Origin: a virus | Length of the DNA: 64,000 nucleotides | IMG/VR virus record: IMGVR_UViG_3300027969_000044 | Span: 102,312 to 166,311 of that record | Reading direction: 5' to 3' (one strand) | Part shown: in pieces, positions 47,001 through 55,300 of the stretch | Layout of the letters: each line of letters begins with the position of its first letter | Numbering within the stretch: position 1 is the stretch's first letter | The notes under the pieces: generated by a model | Told to the model about the DNA's origin: nothing | Databases searched by the model: none | The model's input: the letters and a program-made list of their open reading frames with translations, nothing else | Translations under genes and position numbers: made by a program

Positions 47001-50000
47001 AAGAAGTAATAATTCTTTTGCTAAAACAATTGATATTATTCAGAACGGTGGTACTAATACAATTAGTTTTCCAACGCCAACTGGTGGCAACATAAACAAC
47101 TCATATGCTCGTGATCAACTATTGGCAAACAAAGCATTCTTAAAAGCAGAACTAACTGCTTGGATTAATGTTCAGAAAGCAAACAACATTAGTCCATTTA
47201 CAGCATTGTTTAGTTACGATGTTGCCAAGTGTGAACGCGATGTTGGTGATATTGTCGATGCTCTATGTTACGACATTCTATACGGTGGGAACAGCGCAAC
47301 TAATATTGCCGCTAGAGCATATTTTGTTGGAGCAGTAAGTGTATTACCAAGTGACCAACGTGCGCCAAGCGCCGCCGCAATGGCAAGACTAAGTGCTGTA
47401 GCACAACAAGTTATTCAAGAACAAACTGTAACTAAGTCAGTTGGTAATAGTGCTACACAAGATAAGAGTAACAGTCCTGCTACGTCAACTGAAGCCGCAA
47501 CATTAGCAAGCCTAATGAGTATCATTACTAGTTCTATTACAAATAATAGTTTAGGTGGAATTCCTCAAATTGTTTACCCAGATATTTCTTGGGCAACTCC
47601 GGGAATTAAAACGGCTGCAGCTAATTTAAATGATAATATTGACATTCTTACCAAGCATACTGTTGATTATACACGTATTCAGTTCAGTAGTTTCTTCACG
47701 TACAATCAAGATAACTGCCTACGCGACACAGGGTTAATTATTGATAGTATTGCGTTTGATATGTTATACAATGGAACAAGTCAATCAACTTTTGCCGGAC
47801 TACAATATTGGAATCAATCATCATATACTGGTGCTATTGCTCAAGAGCTATCAACTACTACATCGGCAATTTCTTATGTTAAGTCACAAATTGTTCCTGT
47901 AGTAAGTACAGCAGGCGGAGCAGGATTGGCTACAGATGTTGCTAACAACTTTGATAGACTGTTAGACATTTTAAATAACGGAACTATTGGTGTAACAGAT
48001 TCAATTGTGCCAAATGGCGCAGCCTTAACATCAACAAACGTAGTTTCAGCGTATGACGCAATACAGACAGTTAAGGCCGCGGTAATTGATAATACAATTA
48101 GTTGGATCAATACAAATAATGCCGGCTTCAGTTACGATGAAACATTGTGTCGTAGAGACATTGGATATATTTTAGACAGTATATCTTTTGACTTACTACA
48201 CAGCGGTAACAGACAATCTATTACAAGCGGCGTTTACTATTATGGATTTAATAGTAGCTCGACTGTACTTGTAAACGAAATTCCACAAACAACTGCGGCA
48301 TATAACTTCATTAGAGATATTGTTGGGAAGATTGTTACAGGTACTGTAATTGATAGACCATATCAACCATATGTTAAACAAGTAACTAGTGCTAACACTG
48401 GAACAACAGCTGAAGCAACAACCTTGGTTAACAATATTAAAGTTATTACTGATATTATTAATCAAGGCCCAGACGTTGCCGGAGCAAAAACTCCAATTGC
48501 GCTTTCTGCTAATACAAGTACAGCCGTTAAAAATGCATTTGACTTACTGTTAGCAAATAGAGATTTTATTGTACAAGAAACAATTACCTATGTCAACGGA
48601 GAATTTATTGGCCCAGCATACGATAGAACTAAGTGCCGAAGAGACACTGGGTTAATTATTGATGCTCTAGCACAGGACTTATTGTTTGACGGATCAAGTC
48701 AAAGTAATTTTGCTGCCTTACAATACTGGACACAAAATGGCTACACAGGATCAATTGACGGAGAAATTACAACCACCACAAATGCTATTTCTTACATAAG
48801 TGATTTGGCACAAAAAATAGTGTTAGGTGATACTACAGGATTGAGATTTCCAAGTGGAGTATTACAAAAAACTGACTTGCCTTTTGCTACACAAGCCGAA
48901 GCAAATATAATAGCAGAAAAGTTTGATCTAATTATAGACATCATGACTAACGGGGTAGAAAATGTTACTGATAGAATTATTCCAAACTTGTTAACACCAA
49001 GCAGTGACATTAACATTCAACGTGCTTACGATATTTTAGAAGCTAATAAAGTATTCTTACAAAGTCAAGCAATTGCATTTGTTGAATCTACTAAGTCGTC
49101 AGGGTTCAGCTACGATACTGATCTATGTTATAGAGATGTTGGATATATTACTGATAGCGTAGCCTTTGATTTATTATATACAGGAAACAGGCAATGTATT
49201 CAGAGCGCGGTTTATTATTATTCTTTTGACTCAGACAATTCTGCTATTAATGATGAAATCGCGCAAACAAATGCCGCTTATGAATATATTAAGACTCTAG
49301 CGGCAAGTGTTATCAAGGGAGATTTTATTGAGAAGCCATATCAGTCAGTTGTTAATCAAGTATTGAGCAACACAGTTGGAACAGACGCAGAAATATTACA
49401 AATTTCTAATAATGTTGATTTAATAACTGACATTATAAGCAATGGTCCATCAAATGCTTTGGCAAAAACTCCAATAGGATTAACTCCTAGCACTGACGCT
49501 AATGTAACAGCGGCGGCTACTTTACTAATGGCTAACAAAGATTTTATTACAGCAGAAGTTATCGCTTATATTAATTCTAAGTTTGGCGGCTTCCAATACG
49601 ACAAAGCCAAATGTTTCCGTGATGTCGGATATATGGTTGATAGCGTTAGCTTTGACTTGTTACATGGTGGTAATAGACAAGCAATTCAATCCGGTGTTTA
49701 TTATTATTCTTTTAATGGCGATAGCACAGCAATACCTAATGAGATTCCACAAACTACTGCTGCCTACACATATCTTAAAACATTAGTTAATAATGTATTA
49801 ATTTCTAATCGCATAACATCGGTTTATCAAACAGCAACTACTCAAGTATACAACTTATCGCCTGCAACTGCTAACGAAGTAACAACAGTTGGAGCAAATA
49901 TTGATTTAATAACAAATATTATTTCAACAGGTCCGGCTGCGGCACCTACTAAAGTACCTGTTGGCTTAGTAGCAAGTAATTCTACAAATGTAAATAGAGG

Positions 50001-50568
50001 TTATGCGTTACTAAAAGCTAACAGACAATTTATTATTGATGAGGTGATTGCCTACATCAACACAACTTTTGTAAAATTTAGTTACAATAGAAATAAATGT
50101 TATCGAGATGTTAATAGTATATTAGACGCGGTAATTTACGATTTATTGTATCCTGGAAATTACAGATCTGTGAACACAGGTAACGGATATTTCTCAAGAA
50201 AAGGGCGTTATCATATTATTAATTTAGAAGAAAATCCTCAAGATCCATTAGACTTTATTGACGGTAGTACCGTTAACTTCTACCAACGTTCATATCAGTC
50301 TGCTTCTGGCTACTTGTTTGAATACATTGGTGCTGGTACAAACTATAGTGCCCTGCCGCAGATTGGACGTAAGGATCCTCAACAGTCTCATGAGACTGTA
50401 CAGTTGAATAATGGTAAGGTGTTCTTTACGTCAACTGACCAAAACGGTGACTTCCGTATTGGTCCGGGATTGGTTATTAGTCAGGCCACTGGTGTTTTAT
50501 ATGGTCGAACATTTGAGAAGAGTCTGTACGCACAGATGACTCCATTTATTTTAGTGGTAGGAGCATAA
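41017..50568 (+). CDS. Giant (3183 aa) putative tail fibre/appendage; paralog of 36490-40602 carrying 15 phycobiliprotein-like repeats
   Basis: Shares all beta-helix scaffold blocks and the C-terminus (FFTSTDQNGD.RIGPGLVISQATG.L.GRTF.KSL.A.MTPFIL) with the 1370-aa ORF; 15 C-x-R-D repeats. Confidence 0.75.
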   Translation: MPRLISQRKPVKPPEKLTDDRWDYLALTQAQPNLGLAPTNNDGYTLQTDETGKQTFTNTLGKLEFDNSIITNTQQTDITIENLNNGNIILSPDQKVWIKKDLLVEQNTEIDGQIVVKGDNPLGTFPVINYTLYVNENGDDANDGRAMDPSRAKRTISGAVRSPYYTEGTAIRVAAGHYWEDNPIPLKASTSVIGNDLRTTFIEPLNKEDDLFHVNSGVYIAQLAMLNLKKGSVERYAPGGGGKYITGAYATAFPPKLDDPILVQYSPYIQNCTNQSGPWLFDGTMFLPNQTVQVPLGSGISSFVVDTNTLTVAMATGSIAIGMSIDDEPNVGYENAYKLLKKNKPFLQSEIVAWVSATYPTFVYDRDLCYRDVGLIIDAVAGDSRFGGNLRAREAGLSYWNGNYSLIQNEQAQTIAAIGRLKQLTSKVITNTINTGLSQTLVSQVVDPLLPGGNIVSTRLTTALDIISNMISTGPSGLPDPIEPAYGLIFTSQLSPDQITRASTVTNITSTSTGLANAQTLLQLNKQFIQSEIVAWVDQTYPNLNYDKELCFRDVGLIVDAVSIDGIIGGNIQSRIAGLKYYTGNTSNIPNEIPQTVAAVEYINELAQQIIDNQTVTQLTTSTQVIRPLLVDGIDASEGIAASINIITNIIANGQLSAPAPVYPSLDQYVVTLDKKTVGPATSSTIYFGYTTVYPVEEKNIPEEWLSKRALNPSGSGGGALVDGNAPSANSPIQSFVFDAFTQLNQGGIGVHVINNGYAQLVSVFTIFCDVGVLTENGGICSITNSNANFGNYSLVSKGYGKLEFSGIIWNPKFPTNIPNGEYYPLGYWPQKGKCEVYIPDLVNRPHIALIMEIVPPKTYIDYNGDRVPYLNAQGYPGYLGAAVNTSTITAGAYSIDHIDTAGISVGHKLFIRDLSGDEGIDGVPYASEGTTVVDVGFQSVTLDKPLNLNAGDTTNDFYFNLFFCGNAYYTILSSEVDNTVTQKSTVSWVNEQENETSAAIRYARDVVNNVVSNIPVSDPYQTSVTQAIELEYSGGQNAVGTLSDKFNIIADMIQFGQNAAPAIVKNSPLRTSNKDLLNAAKLIDDNKTFIQEEVTSFVDAELVGFTYNKEKCFRDTGLIVDSIAFDILYGGTSQSTFAGLQYWNQNGYTGKIPSEITTTTNTILYVQELAKKVVLNETTGTRYQNTITQVILTASNSASVVTIDEEFGVILNILSSGTAGVTDLIIPNGIASTATDVVYAYNLLQANKRYIQSEAIAYVNQTYPAEFVYNKTKCARDSGIIVDSIILDVLYPNDLNSQSTFAGLQYWNQDGYVGDIANELTTTTNAINYVSQLAQQIVQNITTGTRYQSTITQITGLVATANEATKIATDFSVITNILTGGTAGVSDLLVANNIEPSTDINTNRAYALLQENKDYISAEAVAWVEANKTAGFTYDKAKCGRDTGYMVDSIAFDLLHGGNRQAIQSGVYYYGFSNTSSAIPNESTQTVAAFNFIKSISRQIVQNNLVTPKQTVVPQVTNLPPSTDIQGAVFGTKIDVITRIITSGTSVANEPSPISLTRTTSTNALLAAKVLDANREFIQAEVIAYLDETFNFSYDPVLCFRDVGYMIDSVSFDLLHGGNRQAVHSGVYYYGFDASSSAVEGQRIETQYAYDHISDLTTKILNGDAVTTVYQTTITQVILPAASVSEIVAAEEKVNVITGIIANGPGVAGAKTPIGLTASSSTTVQNAFNAILANKEFIQAETIAYVDRSFSNFSYDQVKCARDTGIIIDSLATDLLFSGSSQSAFSGLQYWNQGDYTGSIAGELTTTTNAINYVKDLARHVILTSTTGTRYQSTVSQVTNLPAGNIAAADLVTADFDLIVDILNNGTDGVTDLIEANGNVSSDINVTRAYALLQANKNYLQHEAIAYVEATKTGGFEFDREKCARDLGYILEGVYYDVALGTTYHAVTSGQSYQRGIASSQAVLDKELTQTVAAINYAKSKTALLVGSDSTALTRSNNSFAKTIDIIQNGGTNTISFPTPTGGNINNSYARDQLLANKAFLKAELTAWINVQKANNISPFTALFSYDVAKCERDVGDIVDALCYDILYGGNSATNIAARAYFVGAVSVLPSDQRAPSAAAMARLSAVAQQVIQEQTVTKSVGNSATQDKSNSPATSTEAATLASLMSIITSSITNNSLGGIPQIVYPDISWATPGIKTAAANLNDNIDILTKHTVDYTRIQFSSFFTYNQDNCLRDTGLIIDSIAFDMLYNGTSQSTFAGLQYWNQSSYTGAIAQELSTTTSAISYVKSQIVPVVSTAGGAGLATDVANNFDRLLDILNNGTIGVTDSIVPNGAALTSTNVVSAYDAIQTVKAAVIDNTISWINTNNAGFSYDETLCRRDIGYILDSISFDLLHSGNRQSITSGVYYYGFNSSSTVLVNEIPQTTAAYNFIRDIVGKIVTGTVIDRPYQPYVKQVTSANTGTTAEATTLVNNIKVITDIINQGPDVAGAKTPIALSANTSTAVKNAFDLLLANRDFIVQETITYVNGEFIGPAYDRTKCRRDTGLIIDALAQDLLFDGSSQSNFAALQYWTQNGYTGSIDGEITTTTNAISYISDLAQKIVLGDTTGLRFPSGVLQKTDLPFATQAEANIIAEKFDLIIDIMTNGVENVTDRIIPNLLTPSSDINIQRAYDILEANKVFLQSQAIAFVESTKSSGFSYDTDLCYRDVGYITDSVAFDLLYTGNRQCIQSAVYYYSFDSDNSAINDEIAQTNAAYEYIKTLAASVIKGDFIEKPYQSVVNQVLSNTVGTDAEILQISNNVDLITDIISNGPSNALAKTPIGLTPSTDANVTAAATLLMANKDFITAEVIAYINSKFGGFQYDKAKCFRDVGYMVDSVSFDLLHGGNRQAIQSGVYYYSFNGDSTAIPNEIPQTTAAYTYLKTLVNNVLISNRITSVYQTATTQVYNLSPATANEVTTVGANIDLITNIISTGPAAAPTKVPVGLVASNSTNVNRGYALLKANRQFIIDEVIAYINTTFVKFSYNRNKCYRDVNSILDAVIYDLLYPGNYRSVNTGNGYFSRKGRYHIINLEENPQDPLDFIDGSTVNFYQRSYQSASGYLFEYIGAGTNYSALPQIGRKDPQQSHETVQLNNGKVFFTSTDQNGDFRIGPGLVISQATGVLYGRTFEKSLYAQMTPFILVVGA
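44000..50200 (+). repeat. Coding tandem array of 13 degenerate ~486-nt (~162-aa) repeats
   Basis: Conserved Cys codons at 44353, 44839, 45334, 45814, 46297, 46786, 47230, 47716, 48148, 48634, 49126, 49612 and 50098. Confidence 0.9.
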
Positions 50569-50569
50569 G

Positions 50570-52354
50570 ATGGCATTACTATTATCCGGTTCAGTTAGGA
50601 ACAAATCGTCACCTACTGGTTACACAAACTTAACAACGGTACAGTATTTCCTAGGTAATACTCCTACAACATCGACTGGTTATACATTGTCGATTCTTAA
50701 CGGTATTAGTACATGGACTAGTTCGTTAGGTAATCTACAAATGATTAACGGTGTTATTACTAGCCAGGCAACTGACGGTAGTATTACGCTTAATCCAAGT
50801 GGAACTGGTACTATTACACTTAACGGTCCTGTTAACATTCCAAGTTTGACAACAAACTTAAAAATTCCAGTACAGGCTGCAACAACAAGTAGTGTTAATA
50901 TTTTTGCCGCACCAATTGAAGTTGACGGAGTTACCCTTTACGATACTGCTCGTATCTTAGTTCGTCAACAAGACGATCCTACACAAAACGGTATCTATGT
51001 TGTTCAGTCTGTCGGTACTGGTACTAATGGTATTTGGGTTCGATCATCTGATGCTAGTAGTTCAACAAGTATTGCTGGCGCTATTCTTAACGCATCAGGC
51101 GGTGTTGTATACGGTGGCCGTTACTTTTTTACTACCTTCAAGAAGGGTGATGTATTAGGAACAGACCCAATTAATTGGTATCAATTCTTAGCAGACTCAT
51201 TAGCACAGGCTGTTACAGCCAAGGCAATTGATTCAAGTCCTATCGGTGGCCTATTACCAGACTACGGTCGATTCCAAAACTTAGTAGTAAACACAACTAA
51301 CTCTCAAGTTCGACTAACTCCTGTAGGAACAGGAAGTAATTTAACAATCTGGCCGGACTACGGGTACATGGATAACGTATCCATTGGTCTAAATTTTCCT
51401 GTAGCGGCTACATTTACTAACGTAACAGTTTTAAACAGAACTACATTTAGTACAAGTACATTTACTGGACCAGTCAGAATTGAAGATGCTACAAGTTCAA
51501 CAAGTTCAGCAACTGGTGCGTTAACAGTATTAGGTGGCGTTGGCATCCACGGCGATGTTTATGCTAATCACTATTATTCAAATGGTGTTCCATTAGATAA
51601 CATTTATTGGAATGGCGGCAAAATTACAAGTCGTCTATGGATAGACAACTACGAAGAAGCATATAATACACAAACTGGAGCCTTACAGGTAACAGGCGGC
51701 GCTGGTATCGGTGGCAACTTGTATGTTGGAAAGAGTATTACATTAGAAAGTAAGGTTCCAACAGACGCAGTTTATTTCCGAATGAGAAATACTGCTACTA
51801 ACGGAACAAGTTACACATGGGATGTTGGCGGATATAACAGAGCAGGTACAGCTGGATCAAGTCTAAATGAAGGTAGCTTAACACTTTATGATGACAAAAA
51901 CAATTTATATAGACTAGCAGTTTCAAAGACAACTGGTAATTTATTAGTTGGCGTTACCTATGATAATGGCGTCGACAAACTACAAGTTAATGGTAGCTTG
52001 GGGTTAGCTGATTCTCAAATTGCCTCAAGAGTAACCATTATAAATAATGCTGACCAAACAGTTATTGACAGTTTTCCTCTAGCTACTTACAGGTCTACTA
52101 AATTCTTTGTTCAGGTTACAGATGGCGTTGGCCCAGGCACAGCATTTCACATTGTAGAAATTATGATTATAGTTGATAATATTGGACAGACTTACAAGTC
52201 GGAGTACGGGATTGTAACCACTCAAGGAGAAAGAGGAACGTTCAATGTCGATTATAATACAAACGGTACTGGTTTAGTTCGTTTGTTGTTTACCCCAACA
52301 TCTGCGGCAACACAGAAAACAGTTAAAGTGCTAAGAACTAGCATAAGCAAGTAA
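50570..52354 (+). CDS. Tail fibre-like protein
   Basis: PVQAATT...VDGVTL...RILV..Q.DP.QNGIY.V......W.RS.DA fibre head-binding motif; GAL.V.GG.GI repeats; C-terminal IDSF....YRS.KF.VQ domain. Confidence 0.7.
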   Translation: MALLLSGSVRNKSSPTGYTNLTTVQYFLGNTPTTSTGYTLSILNGISTWTSSLGNLQMINGVITSQATDGSITLNPSGTGTITLNGPVNIPSLTTNLKIPVQAATTSSVNIFAAPIEVDGVTLYDTARILVRQQDDPTQNGIYVVQSVGTGTNGIWVRSSDASSSTSIAGAILNASGGVVYGGRYFFTTFKKGDVLGTDPINWYQFLADSLAQAVTAKAIDSSPIGGLLPDYGRFQNLVVNTTNSQVRLTPVGTGSNLTIWPDYGYMDNVSIGLNFPVAATFTNVTVLNRTTFSTSTFTGPVRIEDATSSTSSATGALTVLGGVGIHGDVYANHYYSNGVPLDNIYWNGGKITSRLWIDNYEEAYNTQTGALQVTGGAGIGGNLYVGKSITLESKVPTDAVYFRMRNTATNGTSYTWDVGGYNRAGTAGSSLNEGSLTLYDDKNNLYRLAVSKTTGNLLVGVTYDNGVDKLQVNGSLGLADSQIASRVTIINNADQTVIDSFPLATYRSTKFFVQVTDGVGPGTAFHIVEIMIIVDNIGQTYKSEYGIVTTQGERGTFNVDYNTNGTGLVRLLFTPTSAATQKTVKVLRTSISK

Positions 52355-52369
52355 TAGAGGAATACGTAA

Positions 52370-55300
52370 ATGGCAATTGATCAAGATTTTGTTGTCCGAA
52401 AAGGTCTCATAGCACAGGGACAGACACAATCTTATTCCACAGTTAGCGGAACCTTAATAGTAGGTGGTGGTGCTGGTATTGGCGGAAACGTTAATCTTAG
52501 CGGAACATTGCTGGCTAGAAGCAATCCAAATGTAATAACTTCTGTTAATACATCAACTGGCTTTGGGTTTAGTCTTAACGATATTATTGTCACGGATTCT
52601 ACCACAACATCTACAAATTTAAGTGTAGCAAACTATGTTGGTCAAACCTCTATTAAAGGAACTACTGGTTCCGTAATTGCCACAGCCGTTAATTTATATA
52701 TTAAGGGTGCGCCAATTGCCGGTAACTCTGGTACTACAATTCAGAATGCTTGGTCGTTGTATGTTACAACGGGCAGTATGTATCTTGGAGAAACTAAAGG
52801 TAACCCATTTGGTGCTTCTGGCAATGCGTTACAAGTAGCTGGCGGAATTTCTGCAGGCAATGGTTTATATGTACAAGGTGGCGGAAATTTATTTGGTTCG
52901 TTCTATCTAAATGATAGTGAAATTATTACTCGCGGTAATCAAAATACAGGAACAGTTGTCTATAACGGTGACTTAATTGTAGACACATCTACACAGGCAA
53001 TTAGTACGGGAACTGGCGGCATTGTCATTAGACGTGGCGGTGGTATCGGAGTTGGCGGTAACGCATGGGTCGGTGGAACTTTAAATGTTCTTAATACTAC
53101 AACAATTTACAACGTACTCGATTCTTCAAATACCAGCACTGGCGCATTAACTGTTCGCGGTGGTGTAGGCATTGGCGGCATGTTATATGCTACTAGCGGC
53201 ACATTTGTTGCTGGATTTGCTAATACTACAGCAGTAAACGGAAATGCTGTAAGAATTCCTAATGGCGGATTAGGTGTTGGTGGCACAATTTATGTTGCCA
53301 ATACTAGCGACTCTGCTCTTACTGTAGAAGGTGGCGCAGACTTTGGTGGAACTATATTTGCCAATGGATTAACCCTATTAGATCCTACAACTGCTACTGG
53401 TTATTTGGCAGCACCGTTGATGGTAACCGGTGGAGCATATATTGGAGTTAATTTAATTGTTGCTTCAACTGACACTGATGCTATTAAAGTATTAGGCGGA
53501 ATTGATGTTGCTAAAAATATTACAGTACGTGGCGTTGGATCATTTACAAATAGAATTGAAGTAGCAAATACAAGTTACATTTCCGGCGCTCAAATTATTA
53601 CAACTGCCACAGTTGATATTTTTGCGGTTACAAGCCTAACAGCAGGAACCGATACAGCAGTCAGTGCCTCTACCGGCCCTGTAGTTGTTTGGAATACAAG
53701 CACATTAGACTCTGTTTTAAATCGTGGCAATGCTACTACTAATACTGTATTCATTAATAATAAATTAACAACAGTTGACTTAGGTGTTTCTGGCACAGCT
53801 ACTATCACTGGTACCGTTGTAATTCTTAACACAACCCAGTCTATATCAACTGAGTCCGGCGCATTACAAGTATTTGGTGGCGTAGGCATCCAGGGCGCAC
53901 TATGGGTTAACGATGCTAGTTACATTGGTGGCGCAAGAATTGTTACTACCAGTACATTAGGTAATTATGGCGTAACTGCCATGTTAGCAGGAACAGATAC
54001 TGCTATTAATACTACAACTGGTATTGTTACAGTATGGAACGAAAGTACATTACAAACAATTACTGACCGCGGAACATCTACCAACCATCAGTTATATTTC
54101 TCAAATACAGCAAGTTCAACCTCAAGCGATAGTGGTGCGTTAACTATTGCCGGCGGCGTAGGTATTGGAAAAGAGTTAAACGTACAAGGCAATTCTACAT
54201 TTAGTAGTGTTGTTAACATTTTAAGTCCAATAAATGCTTCAAGTCCAACTGACGGAGCATTATATGTTGCTGGCGGCGTAGGTATTGGCCAGGATTTATA
54301 TGTTGGCGGACAATTTGTATATACAAACGCTCTACAAGTTTATGGATTATTAACAAACTACGGTTCTGTACAAATTACAAGTACAGCAAATTCTATATCA
54401 ACTGACACTGGTGCTCTTGTAGTTGCCGGCGGCGGCGGCTTTGGTGGAGACATCTGGGCAAGAAACATTTATTCAAATGGTGGATCTGTTATTACAACAG
54501 GTACTATCGGTAGTTACGGTGTAAGTCAATTATATGCTGGTACAGATACCGCAGTAAACACCGCAAGTGGTGTAGTTTATATTTGGAATACTAGTACATT
54601 CCAAACTGTAAGTGATCGCGGAGCAACCAGTACTAATTTAATCACAATACTTAACACACTATCTGTTTCAAATGATATTTTAGTAGGCAGAGATGTTAAT
54701 GTTACTGGTAATATGACTCTAGCGGCAATGACTGCTACTGGAATTATTGATCTACAAAATATCTCAGATTCAATTAATGTACTAAGTGGGGCTGTAAGAA
54801 TTGCCGGCGGCCTAGGTGTTCAAGGTAACATCTATGCTGGAGCTGTTTATGATCAAAATGCTCGTGTTATTACAACTGCCACAGTTAATACTTTTGCGGT
54901 TACTGAACTAAGAGCAGGAACTGACACATCAGTAAGTACATCTACCGGTATTGTTTATGTTTGGAATACCAGTACATTACAAACTGTTACTGATAGAGGA
55001 AATAGCACAACTAATAAACTAGTGTTGCTTGATGAATCTACTTCATCATTAACTGTAGTTGGTGGAATTATTGTAGGAACTACTGCTACAGTTCAACAAG
55101 ATTTAAATGTTAATAACAATATTACTGTTGCTCTTAGATCTAATTTAACAGATGTTGGTATTTCTGGAATTACTACAGTTACAAACGTAACTGATAGTGA
55201 ATCTGTACTAACAGGATCTGTACAATTAGCAGGCGGACTTGGCGTTCAAGGAAACATTTACGCAAGAGCATTGTATGACGAAAATGCTCGTGTTGTTACA

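Noticed and set aside
41017-50568. Concluding that the host is a cyanobacterium from the phycobiliprotein-like repeats
   Set aside because: No photosynthesis or bilin-synthesis genes lie in this window; the host cannot be assigned from this sequence.
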